Source: the human T2T-CHM13v2.0 reference genome, Homo sapiens
Length of the DNA stretch: 64,000 bases
Assembly (NCBI RefSeq): GCF_009914755.1
Contig: NC_060926.1
Reading direction: 5' to 3' (one strand)
The notes below the pieces were generated by a model. The model did not search any database and was not told the DNA's origin. It worked only from the letters and a program-made list of their open reading frames with translations. Positions 28,047 to 51,659 of this stretch are shown here, in pieces; position 1 is the first letter of the stretch; every line of letters begins with the position of its first letter. The position numbers and the translations under genes were made by a program.

Positions 28047-31000
28047 TTTATTTAAAAGCCTTTTATTTTAGGTACATGTGAACGTTTGTTATATAGGTAA
28101 TTTCATGTCATGGGGGTTTGTGGTACAGATTATTTCATCAACCAGGTATTAAGCTCAGTACCCAATAGTTATCTTTTCTACTCATCTTCCTCCTGCCATC
28201 CTTCACTCTCAATTAGATCCCAGTGTCTGTTGTTCCCTTCTTTGTGTTCATGGGTCCTCATCATTTAGCTCCCACTTGTAAGTGAAAACATGCAGTATTT
28301 GGTTTTCTCTTCCTGCATTAGTTTGCTAAGAATAATGGCCTTTAGCTCCACCCATGTTCCCAGAAAAGACATGATTTCATTTTTTTATGGTGCAGAGTAT
28401 TCCATGGTGTATATGTACCACATTATCTGTATCCAGTCTGTCATTGGTGGGCATTTAGATGATTCTATGTCTTTGTTACTGTAAATAGTGCTGCAATATA
28501 CATTCATGTGCATGTAGAATGATTTATTCCTCTGAATATGTACCCAGTAATGGGATTGCTGAGTCGAATACTAGTTCTGCTTTTGGCTCTTTGAGGAATT
28601 GCTATACTGCTTTCCACAATGGTTGAACTAATTTACACTCCCAGCAAGTGTATAAGTGTTGCCTTTTCTCTGCAACCTGGCCAGTATATGTTTTGTTTTG
28701 TTTTTACTTTTTGGTAATAGCCATTCTGACTGGTGCGAGATGGTATCTCATTGTGGTTTTGATTTGCAAATCTCTAATGACTAGTGATGTTAGTATTTTT
28801 TTCATATGCTTGTTGGCTGCATGTTTGTCTTCTTTTGAAAAGTGTCTGCTCATATCCTTTGCCCACTTTTTAATGGGGTTGTTTGTTTTCCTCTTATAAA
28901 TTTAAGTTCCTTACAGATATTGAATATTGGACCTTTGTCAGATGCATAGTTTGCAAATATTTTATCCCATTCTGTAGGATGTTTGTTTATTCTGCTTATA
29001 GTTTCTTTTGCTATGCAGAAGCTCTTTAGTTTAATTAGATCCCACACATCAATCTTTGCTTTTGTTGTGATAGATTTGATGGCTCTGTCATGAGATGTTT
29101 ACCCATTCTTATGTCCAAGATGGTATTGCCTAGGTTGTCTTCCAGAGTTTTCATAGTTTTGGGTTTTACATTTATATCTTTAATCCATCTTCAGTTGATT
29201 TTTGTGTATGATGTAAAAAAGAGGTCCAGCTTCAATCTTCCGCATCTGGCTAGCCACTTATCCCAGCACCATTTATTGAATAGGGAGTCTTTTCCCCATT
29301 GCTTGTTTTTGTCAGCTTTGTCGAAGATCAGGTGGTCATAGGTGTCTAGCCTTATTTCTGGTCTCTCTATTCTGTTCCACTGGTCTATGTGCCGTTTTTT
29401 GTACCAGTACCACATTGCTTTGGTTATGGGATCCCTGTAGTGTAGTTTGAAGTTGGGTAACATGATGCCTCCAGTTTTGTCCTTTTTGCTTACGATTTCC
29501 TTGGCTATTCAGACTCTTTTTTGGTCCCATAAGAATTTTAAAATAGTTTTTTCTAGTTCTGTGAAGAATGTCATTGTAGTTTGATGATAACATTCAATCT
29601 GTAAATTGCTTTGGGCAGCATGGCCATTTTCATGATATTAATTACTCCTATTCATGAGCATGGAAAATTTGTCATTTATTTGTGTCTTCTCTGATTTCTT
29701 TCAGTGGTGTTTTGTAATTCTCATTGTAGAGCTCTTTCACCTCCCTGGTTAGCTGTATTCCTGGGCATTTTTTGTGTGTGTGGCAATTGTGAATGAGATT
29801 TCCTTCCTGATTTGACTCTTGGCTTGACTATTGTTGGTGTATAGGAATGCTAGTAATTTTTGTACATTGATTTTGTGTCCTGAAACTTTGCCGAAGTTGT
29901 TTATCAGCTGAAGCAGCTTTTGGGCAGAGACTATGAGATTTTCCAGATATAGAATCATGTCATCTCCAAACAAAGATAGTTTAATTTCCTCTCTTCGTAT
30001 TTGTATGCCATTTATTTGCTTCTCTTGCCTGATTCCTCTGGCCAGAACTTCCAATACTATGTTGAATAGGAGTGGTGAGAGTTGGCATCCTTGTCTTATG
30101 CCAATTTTCATGGGGAATGCTTCCAGCATTTGCCCATTTAGTATGATGTTGGCTATGAGTTTATCATAGATGGCTCTTATTATTTTAAGACATGTTCCTT
30201 TAATGCTTCTTTTATTGAGAGTTCTTAACATAAAGGGATGTAGAATTTTATTGAAAGCCTTTTCTGTGTCTATTGAGATAATCAACGTGGTTTTTGTCTT
30301 TAGTTCTGTTTATGTCATGAGTCACATTTATTGATTTGCATATGTTGAACCAACCTTGCATCCAGGGGATGAAGCCTACTTGATCATGGTGGATTAGCTT
30401 TTTGATGTGCTGCTGGATTCAGTTTCCCAATATTTTGTTGAGAGTTTTTGCATTCATGTTCATCAAGGATATTGGCCTGAATTTTTCTTTTTTTGTTGTG
30501 TCCCTGCCAAATTTTAGTACCAGGATGGTGACTGCCTCATAGAATGAGTTGGAGAGAAGGCCCTCCTCCTCTATTTTTTGGTATAGTTTCAGTAGGAATG
30601 ATAACAGCTCTTCTTTGTACATCTGGTAGAATTCAGCTGTGAATCCACCAGGTCCTGGACTTTTGTTGGTTAGTGGGCTATTTATTACTGATTCAATTCT
30701 GAAGCTCATTATTGGTCTCTTCAGGGAATCAATTTCTTCCTGACGCAGTCTTGGGAGGATGTATATGTCCAGGAATTTATCCATCTCTTCTAGGTTTTCT
30801 AGTTTGTGTGCAAAGAGGTATTCATAGTGGTTTCTGATGGTTATTTTTATTTCTGTGTGCTTACTGACAACATTCCCTACATTATATTTAATCGTGTTTA
30901 TTTGGATCATTCTCTCTTTTCTTCTTTATTAGTCTAGCTAGCAGCCTATTTTATTTTTTTTAAAAAAAAAAAAACATACTCCTGGTTTTATTTTAAATGT

Positions 31001-34000
31001 TTTGAAATTTTTTTATCTGTTTCCTTAGTTTAGCTCTGATTTTGGTTATTTCTTTTCTTCTCCTATCTTTGTGGTTGATTTGTTCTTGCTTCTCTAATTC
31101 TTTCAGTTGTGATGTAAGTTGTTAGTTTGAGAACTTCCTAACTTTTTGATATGGGCATTTAGTGTGTATTTTAGTATGAATTTCCCTCTTGACACTGCCT
31201 TAACTGTGTCCCCTAGATTCTGGTATGTTGTATCCTTGTTCTCATTAGTTTCTTGGTTTCTGCCTTAATTTTGTCATTTACCCAAAAGTCATTCAGGAGC
31301 ATGTTGTTTAATTTCTATGTAATTGCATGATTTTGAGCAATTTTTTCAGTCTTGACTTCTGTTTTTATCATGCTATGGTCTGAGAGTATGTTTGGTATGA
31401 TTTGGTTCTTTTGGATTTGCTGCGGATTGGGTTATGTCCAATTACGTGGTGGATTTTAAAGCATGTGCCATGTGGTGATGAGAAGAATGTATATTCTGTT
31501 GTTTTTGGGTGGAGAGTTCTGTAGAGGTCTATCAGATCCATTTGGACCAATGTTGAGTTCAGGTCCTAAATATCTTTATTACTTTTCTGCCTTGATGATT
31601 TGTCACATACTGTTGGTGGAGTGTTGAAGTCTCCCACTATTACTGTGTGGGAGACCATGTCTCTTTGTAGGTCTCTAAGAACTTGCTTTATGAATCTGGG
31701 TGCTCCTGTTTTGGGTGCATATATACTTAGGATAGCTAGGTCTTCTTGTTGAATTGCACCCTTTACCACTATGTAATGCCTTTCTTTGTCTTTTTTGATC
31801 TTTGTTGGTTTGAAGTCTGTTTTGTCTGAAATTAGGATTGTGACCCCTGCTTTTTTTCTGTTTCCCATTTGCTTGGTACATTTTCCTCCATCCCTTTATT
31901 GTGGGCCTAGGGGTGTCATTACATATGAGATGGGTCTCTTGAAGACAGGATACCATTGGGTCTTTCTTTTTATTCGGCTTACCACTCCATGCCTTTTAAG
32001 TGGGGCATTTAGCCTATTTACATTCAAGATTAGTATAGGTATGTGTTCATTTTATCCTGTAATTGTGTTGTTAGTTGGTTATTATGTTGGTTTGTTTGTG
32101 TGGTTGCTTTACAGTGTCACTGGTCTGCATGTTTACATGTGTTCTTTATTAGCTGGTAGCATTCTTTCCTTTCTATATTTAGCACTCCTTTCAAAATCTC
32201 TTGTAAGGCAGGTCTGGTGGTAACGAACTCCCTCAATATTTGTTTATCTGAAAAGAATCTTATTTGTCCTTTGTTTAGGTAGCTTAGTTAGGCTTCAACC
32301 AAATTCTTGGTTGAAGATTTTTTTTCTTTAGGAATGTTGAATATAAGCTTCCAATCTCTTCTGACTTATAGGGTTTCAGCTGAGAGGTCTGCTATTAGCC
32401 TGATGGAGTTCCCTTTGCAGGTGACCTGCCCTTTCTCTCTAGCTCCCTTTAATATTCTTTCCCTTATTTCAACCCTGGAAAATCTAACAGTTATGTGTAT
32501 TGCAGATGATCTTCTTGTATAAAATCTTACAGAAGTTCTCTGTATTTTCTGAATTTGACTGTTAGCCTCTGTGGCAAGGTTGGGGAAGTTTTCATGGATG
32601 GTATCCTGAAATATGTTTTTCAAGTTGTTTTCTTTCTCCCCTCACCCTTTCAAGGTTGCCAGTGATTCATAGATTTGGCCTGTTTACCTAATCCATACTT
32701 CTCAGAGGTTTTGTTCATTCCTTTTTAATCCTTTTTCTTTATATTTGTGTGGCTGTCTTATTTCAGTAAGCCAGTCTTCAAGTTCTGAGATTCTTTCCTC
32801 AACTTGGTTTATTCTACTGTTAGTACTTGTGATTGCATTGAAAAATTCTTGTGTTATTCAGCTCTGTCAGATTAATTAGGGTCTTTTTTATATCGGCTAT
32901 TTTGTCCTTCAGCTCCTGTATTGTTCTATTGCAATTCTTAGTTTCTTTGAATTGGGTTTTGCCATCTTCCTGAATCTTGATGATCTTCACTCCTATCCAT
33001 ATTCTGAATTCTATTTCTGTCATTTCAGCCAGTTCAGCCTGGGTAAGAACTCTTATTGAAAAACTGGTGCAATCATTTGGAAGATGTATGACACTCTGGC
33101 CATTTGAGTTACCAGAGTACTTGCATTGGTTCTTTCTCATCTCTCTGTGTGGATGGTTTTTTAACTGCACGTAGACTGAGTACAGTCAATAGACTTGTTT
33201 TCTGGTTATTTTCTCAGGGCCAAGGCTTTGTGCAGGATCTTTATTTGAAGCTGACTTTCTGTCTTCGGTTTTAGACATGAAACCGCAGGGTATGGTAGCA
33301 AGGTATTTTTGGTGTTGAAGCTTTGGGATGTGATCCAGTAGGTGGCACTTAGGTGTATTAGTCAGTTGGTGGACTCTTGCTTGGTTGTGTGCCCATCCTT
33401 CCACCCGTGTTTTCTCACAGTTGCAGCCATGTTTCCTCTCAATGCTCTGAAAGTGTGGTTTCCTCTCCCCCTTGAGTGCTGGCTGTAGATTGCAGCTTGG
33501 TGCTCCTGGGCTGCCCACAGCCACTCTGGAACAAACTCAGTGTTCATGTTCCTTCCCTAACTTGTAGGCAGCAGAGGAAGCGACCTTAGTAATGGTTGTG
33601 GCCAAGGGTCATTTGCTTGTCTCCTGGGGGCTCCACCCCAAGGAAATGCAGTTCAGCAATTGCTCAGTGCAATCAGCCAGGATGGAGGGTCTGTGCTGTG
33701 GGCCCAAGCTAAGAGTTCCCTGTCTGGAGACAAGCAGTAGGGGTGAGACCCATGGGGCATGGACTTGCCTCCTCTCCTTGGGTTGACTGCAGTTTGTTGG
33801 AGGTGTGGATAAGGCACTTAAGGTATTTGCTTCTTCGTTAGTCTGAGGGTAGCAAGGCAGCTACACTGCAGAGGCAGTGGCAAAGAGACTTTCAGATGCC
33901 CCCTGGGGGCTGTGTCCAGGGAGTTTCCAAGCTGCTACTGGCTCAATAGCTCTGGTTAGAGGTGGCTAGAGGCCCAGGCCTGGAGGACCTGCTTGGTGAG

Positions 34001-35337
34001 GAGATATGGGAATGGGCACCCATGTAACAGCCTGGCCACTTTTCCATAGAACTTCTGCAATATGCTGGGGCCCTGCTCCAGTCCCTAGTCACCTTGGACT
34101 TTCCAGTACCTGAAGGTAACAACAGTGAAGGCTGCAAAGCAGTAAAAATAGCAGCCTGCCTCTCCGTCTGGGATCTCCCTCCCAGGGAGATATGGACCTT
34201 TTACCATCTCAAACACAGGCGTAGGAGGTAGCTGGAGACCCTGGCTGGGAGTTCCTGCCCAGTGAGGAGGAATGGGATTGGGGGCCTGCTTTAAAAAGTC
34301 TGGCCACATTTTCATAGAGCAACTGTGCTGTGCGAAGGGACTGCTTCTGCCTGCAGTTGCCTTGGACTCTCTGAGGCCTGAAGTCTGGATGGCTAAGTCG
34401 CCCAAACAGCAAGGATGGTGGCCTGTCCCTCCTTCTGAGAGCACTGTCCCAGGAAGGTTCTGAATCTCTGTTGGCCAAAAAACACCGGCAGGGATGGCTG
34501 GAGGCCCCAGTGGGAGGTTCTGCCTAGTGAGAAGGAAGGAGATCGAGGACCCGTTTAAACTAAGCAGTCTGACCCGTTTTCGTATAGCAGTTGCACTGTG
34601 CTGAGGTACCCGCTTCCGCCCCCTGCTCACCTTGGACTCTCCAAAGCCTGAAGGCTGGAATAGCTCAGTTGCCTAAACAGCAAAGATGGCCTCCTGCCCC
34701 TCCCACTGAGAGCGCTGTCTCAGAGAGGTGCAACACTGTTACTCCTGGCTGACAGGAATTACAAGCCAGTGGGTCTTAATCCTGTGAGGTGCCGTGGAAG
34801 TGGGGCCTGCAGACTGTCACTGCTCAGCCCCCTGGATTCAGCCCCTTTCCTAGGGGTACATAAGGAGTCTAACCACTCACTTTGCAAGAGTGCATCTGTT
34901 TTTGCAGGGAAACCCATAAAGCCCAGGTCTCTAAGGCTCCCAGGTCTCTAAGGCTCCTAGGTCTCTAAGGCTGAGCAGCTGCTCTGCAGAGACTCCATGT
35001 AGCTACATGTGTGGGACTGAAGGCCCTGGTGGAGTGGGTTCACGAGGGGATCTCGTGAACCGAGGATTGCAAAAATCCATGGGAGAAGTGTGGGTTCCCA
35101 GGGTCGCACATTCACTCACCACTTCCCTAGGTAGGGGAGGTTGCCCTGGCTCCACGCTGCTCCCGGTGGGCCATCATCCTGCCTTGCTTTTCTTCCTTCT
35201 CCTTGGGTGAACTTGTTTCCTTGATTAGTTCCAATGCCTGTACCTGGATATTTTAGTGGAGGTTGCTGTATTTCCTCACCCCTTCCGTTCTTCTCCATGA
35301 GAGCCCACACACTAGCTGCTCCTAGCAAGCCATCTTC
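28047..35337 (-). mobile_element. Full-length LINE-1, L1PA13-15/L1PREC2-like, both ORFs disrupted
   Basis: ORF2 fragments (LFGDDMILY; EN motif IVGDFNT), ORF1 fragments (ENFPNLA...REKG), a long 5'UTR starting AAGATGGC, and a 14-bp TSD TTCTT(G/T)CATATCTC at 28033-28046 / 35338-35351. Confidence 0.93.
34922..34972 (+). repeat. 3 x 17-bp tandem repeat CC(C/T)AGGTCTCTAAGGCT
   Basis: Directly visible inside the L1 5'UTR. Confidence 0.95.
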
Positions 35338-35368
35338 TTCTTTCATATCTCAAAGTCATAAATATATT

Positions 35369-35494
35369 CTTTTATTTTTGAGACAGAGTCTCACTATGCT
35401 GTCCAAGCAGGTCTCAAACTGCTGTGCTCAAGTGATCGTACTGCCTCCACCTCCCAGGTAACTGGGATTATAGGTGTGCACCAGCACAACTGGC
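35369..35494 (-). mobile_element. Alu monomer (FLAM)
   Basis: GAGACAGAGTCTCACTATG...CTCAAGTGATC...GGGATTATAGGTGTG; flanking TATATTCT repeat. Confidence 0.85.
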
Positions 35495-35519
35495 AGACTA
35501 TATTCTATAGTTTCTTCTA

Positions 35520-36920
35520 CAAATCACCTTTCACACATTTAGGAATTTAATCTATCTGTAACTTACTTTTTTGTGGGAAGTGTTACTATTCTAGCTTTTT
35601 CCCAAATGGACAATTAGTCAGTTGTCCCAGAAAAATATATTGTAGTACCTATTTTTCTCCCATGTCTTATAAGAGCTGCCATTTTGAAATGAGTTCCTCA
35701 TCATCATCATGAATTTGTTATTTGTTTCAGTGTCTGTATTCTGTTCCAGCAACATAATTATTTCTCTCTAAGTAAATAGTATGTTTATCTTAAGATCTAT
35801 ACCTTCAAAATAAGTTGTATTTTTGCTTAGAAAATACCTCTAGACTCTTCACAATTATCTTTGCTCTTATTCACCTTTTTTGTTTCATATGAATTTTAGG
35901 ATCATCTCATAAAGTCACACGAAATATCCTGCTGGGGTTTTTCTCAGAAATGCACTGAATTTATGAAGGGATATGTACAGACTTGACATATTTGTATTAT
36001 TGAGTCTTATCATCTAAAAACACAGTATGTCTCTCCATTTATTCAGGAATAATTTGGCCCTCAATATGTTTAGTAATGTTCTCTATAAAGGGCTTGTACA
36101 TTTTTCATCTTTAATAAAATTTATTCCTAAATATCTTTTCAGTTTTCTTGCTACTGTGAATGGCATGTCATTCTACTACACGTTGATTACTGCTAGTGTA
36201 AGAAAAGGCTATTAATTTTTGTATGTAAATCTTTTCACCAACAAATTTGCTGGATTCTTTTTTTATTTCCACTTATTTGCTTTCAATATTTTTGAATTTT
36301 CTATGTATACAATAATACACCTAAAAATAAAGATCTTTTTGTATTTTTTATTTCAGTTCCTGTACCTTATATTTTCTTGTCCTCCTTAATTTACTATGAC
36401 TAATACTATACTAAATTGTAAAGACAAGCACACTTTTCTTACTTCTGAGTTTTAGCTATTAAATATGGTGCATGATGTAGTATTTAAAGGACATTATTCA
36501 TCAAGTTAAGAGAATTCCTTTCATTCCTAGTTTAGTAAGAGCTTCTTTTTAGTCACTAATCTGTATTAAAAATTTTCAAATGCTTTTTACATATGTTTTA
36601 ACACCATCATATAGCATTTCTATTAATCTGTTAATGTAAAGGATTACATTAATAGATTTTGACTGTATATAGTATTACGCATATATGGTACGCAAACATC
36701 TTGAGATTTTTGTCTATACCTATAAGTTGACTATTTACTATTTTAATATCAAGGTTATTCCAGCCTCATAAAATAAGCCATGTAGCATTTCATTTAAAAA
36801 AATGTACATAAGATAGAAATCATCTGTCCCTTGGAAGTTCAGTAAAACTTGCCTGTAAATCATTCTGGGTAGGATATCTTTTGGGTGTGGAGATTTTAAC
36901 TAGCAATTAATTTAAATAAT
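35520..36920 (-). mobile_element. Old L1M (L1ME-like) ORF2 fragment
   Basis: Antisense ORF2 motifs (TTTCATATGAATTTTAGGATCA; TTTATTCCTAAATAT; ATCAAGTTAAGAGAATTCC). Confidence 0.7.
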
Positions 36921-37019
36921 GGTCATTGTTAGTGTTTCAGCTTTGGCCATTATAAACAATGTAACTATATTAATCATTCTGGGCCTCAGTTTCATCATTT
37001 ATACCTACTCCACACCATT

Positions 37020-37647
<628 letters not shown>

Positions 37648-37802
37648 CCTATTATTCATTTTTAAATCTTTCTTTTTGAGACAATTTTGATTTTTTATTT
37701 AAAATTTTTCATATTTATTGGCATAAAAGTTTTGTTATTTGTCATATTACTTTTTTATTTGTAACTATGTCTCCTTTATTGTTAAAAAATATACATATTT
37801 TT

Positions 37803-44500
<6,698 letters not shown>

Positions 44501-44664
44501 AAATATATATATACGTATTTTTTTACTTCCCCCATGGTCAGTCTTGCTTGAGGTTTGTCTAGTTTGTCTCTTCAAATAACTGATTTTTAGTATTGTTAAG
44601 TCTAAGTTTTGTTTATTTTCATAATTCATTACTTAATTATTTCCTCTTTTCTGTGTTTACACAG

Positions 44665-45029
44665 GGTTTCTACATAAATATCAGTAGCAACTTTATTTGT
44701 AGCAGACAAAATGTGGAAACAATTCAAACACCCATCAACAAGTGAATGAACAACAGATTGTGGTATCCTAATTTGTCATTGAAATACTACTCATGTAAAA
44801 AAAACTCTATTAATACACAAAACAGCATAGCCATAACTCAAAAACATTATGCTATTTCCTAAGTGAAAAATAAAGTTTATATTGCATAATCCTATTCATA
44901 TGAAATTTCAGAAAAGACAAACTAATCAAGAGTGACAAAAACATCAATGATTGATTGAAGTTGAGATGAGGATGGGGTCATTACTGACTAGTAAGGGGTA
45001 AGAGAGTGATGAAAATATTCTATATCTGA
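44665..45029 (+). mobile_element. Old L1M (L1MC/ME) 3' end, continuing at 51543-51660
   Basis: GGAAACAATTCAAAC...CCATCAACAAGTGAATG...GAAAATATTCTATATCT; resumes with AAAACTCATCAAACTGTACACTTAAAA. Confidence 0.7.
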
Positions 45030-45070
45030 TTTATTAGTCTGTTTTCACATTGCTGATAAAGACATACCTG

Positions 45071-46045
45071 GAGGAGCCAAGATGGCTGAATAGGAACAGC
45101 TCCGGTCTACAGCTCCCAGCATGAGCGACGCAAAAGACAGGTGATTTCTGCATTTCCATCTGAGGTACCGGGTTCATCTCACTAGGGAGTGCCAGACAGT
45201 GGGCGCAAGACAGTGGGTGGAGCGCACCGTGTGCGAGCCGAAGCAGGGCGAGGCAAGGGGTGACAGACAGCACCTGGAAAGTCGCGTCACTCCCACCCGC
45301 ATACTGTGCTTTTCCGACGGGCTTAGGAAATGGCGCACCAGGAGATTATACCCGGCACCTGGCTCGGAGGGTCCTACGTCCACGGAGTCTCGCTGATTGC
45401 TAGCACAGCAGTCTGAGATCAAACTGCAAGGCGCAGCGAGGCTGGGGGAGGGGCACCCGCCATTGCCCAGGCTTGCTTAGGTAATCAAAGCAGCTGGGAA
45501 GCTGGAACTGGGTGGAGCCCACCACAGCTCAAGGAGGCCTGCCTGCCTCCATAGGCTCCACCTCTGGGGGCAGGGCACAGACAAACAAAAAGACAGCAGT
45601 AACCTCTGCAGACTTAAATGTCCCTGTCTGACAGCTTTGAAGAGAGCAGTGGTTCTCCCAGCATGCAGCTGGAGATCTGAGAAGGGGCAGACTGCCTCCT
45701 CAAGTGGGTCCCTGACCCCTGACCCCCGAGCAGCCTAACTGGGAGGCACCCCCCGGTAGGGGCAGACTGACACCTCACACGGCCAGGTCCTCCTCTGAGA
45801 CAAAACTTCCAGAGGAACGATCAGACAGCAGCATTCGCAGTTCACGAAAATCCACTGTTCTGCAGACACGCTGCTGATACCCAGGCAAACAGGGCCTGGA
45901 GTGGACCTCTAGCAAACTCCAACAGACCTGCAGCTGAGGGTCCTGTCTGTTAGAAGGAAAACTAACAAACAGAAAGGACATCCACACCAAAAACCCATCT
46001 GTACATCACCATCATCAAAGACCAAAAGTAGATAAAACCACAAAA
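45071..46045 (+). promoter_or_regulatory. L1 5'UTR: internal sense promoter (YY1 site CAAGATGGC) and antisense promoter region
   Basis: YY1 motif at about 45078-45086 and many retained CpGs. The promoter function is established knowledge of L1PA 5'UTRs. Confidence 0.75.
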
Positions 46046-47062
46046 ATGAGGAAAAAACAGAGCAGAAAAACTGGAAACTCTAAAAAGCAGAGCACCTCTC
46101 CTCCTCCAAAGGAACGCAGTTCCTCACCAGCAATGGAACAAAGCTGGACGGAGAATGACTTTGACGAGTTGAGAGAAGAAGGTTTCAGACGATCAAACTA
46201 CTCCAAGCTACAGGAGGAAATTGAAACCAAAGGCCAAGAAGTTGAAAACTTGGAAAAAAATTTAGACAAATGTATAACTAGAATAACCAATATAGAGAAG
46301 TGCTTAAAGGAGCTGATGGAGCTGAAAGCCAAGGCTCGAGAACTACATGAAGAATGCAGAAGCCTCAGGAGCCGATGCGATCAACTGGAAGAAAGGGTAT
46401 CAGTAATGGAAGATGAAATGAATGAAATGAAGCAAGAAGGGAAGTTTAGAGAAAAAAGAATAAAAAGAAATGAACAAAGCCTCCAAGAAATATGGGACTA
46501 TGTGAAAAGACCAAATCTACCTCCGATTGATGTACCTGAAAGTGACAGGGAGAATGGAACCAAGTTGGAAAACACTCTGCAGGATGTTATCCAGGAGAAC
46601 TTCCCCAACCTAGCAAGGCAGGCCAACATTCAGATTCAGGAAATACAGAGAATGCCACAAAGATACTCCTCGAGAAGAGCAACTCCAAGACACATAATTG
46701 TCAGATTCACCAAAGTTGAAATGAAGGAAAAAATGTTGAGGGCAGCCAGAGAGAAAGGTCGGCTTACCCACAAAGGGAAGCCCATCAGAATAACAGCAGA
46801 TCTCTTGGCAGAAACTCTACAAGCCAGAAGAGAGTGGGGACCAATATTCAACATTCTTAAAGAAAAGAATTTTCAACCCAGAATTTCATATCCAGCCAAA
46901 CTAAGCTTCATAAGTGAAGGAGAAATAAAATACTTTACAGACAAGCAAATGCTGAGAGATTTTGTCACCACCAGGCCTGCCCTAAAAGAGCTCCTGAAGG
47001 AAGCACTAAACATGGAAAGGAACAACCGGTACCAGCCGCTGCAAAATCATGCCAAAATGTAA
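46046..47062 (+). CDS. ORF1: LINE-1 ORF1p RNA-binding protein, full-length 338 aa
   Basis: Colinear with human ORF1p; coiled coil, REKG, ARR and YPAKLS motifs intact. Confidence 0.95.
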   Translation: MRKKQSRKTGNSKKQSTSPPPKERSSSPAMEQSWTENDFDELREEGFRRSNYSKLQEEIETKGQEVENLEKNLDKCITRITNIEKCLKELMELKAKARELHEECRSLRSRCDQLEERVSVMEDEMNEMKQEGKFREKRIKRNEQSLQEIWDYVKRPNLPPIDVPESDRENGTKLENTLQDVIQENFPNLARQANIQIQEIQRMPQRYSSRRATPRHIIVRFTKVEMKEKMLRAAREKGRLTHKGKPIRITADLLAETLQARREWGPIFNILKEKNFQPRISYPAKLSFISEGEIKYFTDKQMLRDFVTTRPALKELLKEALNMERNNRYQPLQNHAKM

Positions 47063-47125
47063 AGACCATCGAGACTAAGAAGAAACTGCATCAACTAACG
47101 AGCAAAATAACCAGCTAACATCATC

Positions 47126-50946
<3,821 letters not shown>

Positions 50947-51659
50947 ACAATGAGAACACATGGACACAGGAAGGGGAACATCACACTCTGGGGCCTGTTG
51001 TGGGGTGGGGGGAGGGGGGAGGGGGAGCATTACGAAATATACCTAATGCTAAATGACGAGTTAATGGGTGCAGCACACCAGCATGGCACATGTATACATA
51101 TGTAACTAACCTGCCTGTTGTGCACATGTACCCTAAAACTTAAAGTATAATAATAATAATTTTAAAAAAAAAAGAATTTTTTAATCAAAAGTTAAAAAAA
51201 AAAAGACATACCTGAGACTGGGTAATTTACAAGGAAAAAGAGGCTTAATGGATTCACAGTTCCACGTGGCTGGGGAGACCTAACAATCATGACACAAGGT
51301 GAAAGGCATGTCTTACATGGTTGCAGACAAGAGAGAATAACAGAGCTTGTGCAGGGAAACTCCCCTTTATAAAACCATCAGACCTCGTGAGACTTATTCA
51401 CTATCATGAGAACAGCACAGGAAAGACCTGCCCCCATGATTCAATTACCTCCCACCCACCAAGTCCCTCCCATGACACGGGGGAATTGTGGGAGCTTCCA
51501 TTCAAGGTGAGATTTGGGTGGGGACACAGCCAAACCATATCATCTGGGTTGTTGTGGTGGTTCCATAGGTACATACATTTTCAAAACTCATCAAACTGTA
51601 CACTTAAAACTAGTGTATTTTATTATGTGTAAATTATACCTTCATAAGCTTATTTTTAA

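Noticed and set aside
34085-34630. 181-aa ORF in the old L1 5'UTR
   Set aside because: GC-rich repeated UTR sequence with a non-ATG start; no homology I recognise.
34922-34972. Short direct repeats resembling a CRISPR array
   Set aside because: No spacers; head-to-tail minisatellite in primate DNA.
51001-51028. G-quadruplex-like G tracts
   Set aside because: Ordinary L1PA 3'UTR polypurine tract, not locus-specific.
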